This document shows positions 61,860 through 64,000 of a stretch of DNA of 64,000 bases, in pieces. The first letter of the stretch is position 1, and every line of letters starts with the position of its first letter. This DNA is from Chiloscyllium plagiosum (Eukaryota). Location of the stretch: the NCBI RefSeq assembly GCF_004010195.1, contig NC_057719.1:58725869-58789868 (forward strand). Reading direction: 5' to 3'. A model generated the notes under the pieces. It made no database searches and was not told where the DNA came from. It saw nothing but the letters and a program-made list of their open reading frames with translations. The position numbers and the translations under genes were made by a program.

Positions 61860-64000
61860 CATACAGACAGAGAGTTGTGCAGCATGAAAACAGACCTTGC
61901 ATTCCAACTCATCCATGCTGACCAGATATTCGAAATTAATCTAGTCCCATTTGCTAGCATTTGGTCCATATTGCTCTAAATTCCTCCTATTCATATACCC
62001 ATCCATATGTCCTTTAAATGTTGCAATTGTACCAGCCTCCACCACTTCCTCTGGCAGCTCATTCCATACACACATCATCTTCTATGTGAAAAAATTGTCC
62101 CCCAGTCCCTTTTAAATCTTTTTCCCCTCTCACCTTAAACCTATGCGCTCGAGTTTTGGACTGCTCCAGCTCAAGGAAAATATTTGTCTATTTACCCTAT
62201 CCATGCACCTCATGATTTTATAAACTCTATAAGGTCACCCCTCAGCCTCCAACACACCAGGGAAAATAGCCCCAGCGTAATCAGCCTCTCCCTATAGCAC
62301 AAACCCAGCAACATACTTGTACATCTTTTCTGAACCCTTTCAAGTTTCACAGCATTCTTCCTGTAGCATGGGAGACTAGAATTACACATAATGTTCCAAA
62401 AGTGGCCTAACCAATGTACTATACAGCCGCAAAATGACCTCTCAAATCCTATGCTCAATGCACTGACCAATAAAGGAAAGCATACCAAACGTGTTCTTCT
62501 ATCCTATCTACCTGACACTCCAAGGTCTCTTTGTTCAGCAACACCTCCCCAGAACCTTACCATTAAGTATATAAGTTCTACCCTGATTTGCCTTTCCAAA
62601 ATGCAGTACCTCATATTTATCTAAATTAAATTCCATATCCCACTCCAGGGCCCATTGGCCCATCTGATCAAACTCCCATTGTGCTTTGAGGTAACTTTCT
62701 TGGCTGTCCATTACATCTCCAATTTTTATGTCATCTGCAAACTTACTAACTATACCTCTTGCGTTCACATCCAAAGCATTTATATAAATGAGGAAAAAAA
62801 GTGGATCCAGCACCAATTCTTGCAGCGCACCACTGGTCACAGGTCTCCAGTCTGAAAGGCAATCCTCCACCATGACCCTGTGTTTTCTACCTTGGAGCCA
62901 GTTCTGTATCCAAATGGCTAGTTCTTCCTGTATTCCATGAGATCTAACCTTGCTAACCAGTCTATCATGAGGAACCTTCTCAAAAGCATTACTGAAGTCC
63001 ATATAGATTACATGCATTGCTCTGCCCTCATTAATCTTCTTCATTACTTCTTCATTTAAGTTAGTGAGACACAATTCCCATGCACAAAGCCATGTTGACT
63101 ATCCTTAATCGGTCCTTGCCTTTCCAAATACATGTAAATCCTGACCCTCAGGATTCCCTCCAACAACCTGCCCATCACTGATGCCAGGCTCACCGGTCTA
63201 TAATTCTCTGGCGTTTCCTTACCACCTTTTGTAAATAGTGGCACAAGTTAGCCAACTTCTAGTCTTCCGGCATCTCACCTGTGATTATCAATGATACAAA
63301 TTTCTGAGCAAGGGGCCCAGCAATCTCTTCCCTAGCTTCCCACAGAGTTCTAGGGTACACTTGATCAGGTCCCAGGGATTTATCCACTGTTATGCATTTT
63401 AAGACATCAAACACCTCCTCCTCTGTAATATGGAAATATTTCAAAATGTCGTTATTTATTTCCCTACATTCTATATCTTCTATATCATTCTCCACAGTAA
63501 ACACTAATGCAAAATGTTCTTTTTGCATCTCCCCATCTCCTGCAGTTCCACACATAGATAGCCTTGTTGATCTCTTCCCTAGTTACCCTAATGTATTTGT
63601 AAAATCACTTTGGATTTTCCTTAAATCTAATTGCCAAAGCTCTCTCATGTCCCCTTTTTGCCATCCTGATTTTCCTCTTAAGTAAACTCCTACTGTCTTT
63701 AAACTCTTCGAAGAATTCACTTGATCTCTGCTGTCTGTACCTGACATATGCTTCCTTCTTTTTCTTGACCAAAACCTCAATTGTTTTTAGTCATCCAGCA
63801 TTCCATACACTTACCAGCCTTTCCTTTCACCCTAACAGGAATATACTGTCTCTGGACTATTGTTATCACATTTTTGAAGGCTTCCTATTTTTCAGCTGTC
63901 CCTTTACCTGCAAACATCTGACTCCAATCACCTTTTGAAAGTTCTTGCCTAATACTGTCAAAATTGGCCTTCCTTCAAATTAGAACTTTAACTTTTACAT
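61860..64000 (-). mobile_element. CR1 LINE ORF2, disrupted, running off the window edge
   Basis: Minus ORFs DKSLGPDQVYPR, NYRPVSLASVMGRLLE, YMDFSNAFEKVPH, SKFADDIKIG and WRLRGDLIE. Confidence 0.93.

Overview
This is vertebrate genomic DNA; the repeat families suggest a cartilaginous fish, probably a shark (inference). Two protein-coding genes converge tail-to-tail. On the + strand are the last two coding exons of MIPOL1 (6319-6549 and 30174-30240), separated by a 23.6-kb intron. On the - strand is a complete two-coding-exon FOXA1 gene (44472-44543 and 42553-43782; 433 aa). The flanks (about 1-28.3 kb and 48-64 kb) are packed with CR1 and L2 LINE fragments, tRNA-derived SINEs, a decayed PIF/Harbinger transposase and many short Penelope-like element (PLE) derivatives. 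The roughly 20 kb around FOXA1 is nearly free of transposons and retains CpG. The most unusual signal is a set of short PLE insertions, several with clear target-site duplications and inverted arms, that carry minimal type-I hammerhead ribozyme motifs with palindromic stem III. Three copies have an intact core, one has a cleavage-site G and several are decayed. PLE hammerheads are a known class, so I found no convincing wholly new system. A candidate upstream non-coding FOXA1 exon and promoter and an overlapping uORF are also proposed. All coordinates were read by eye; repeat boundaries are approximate.
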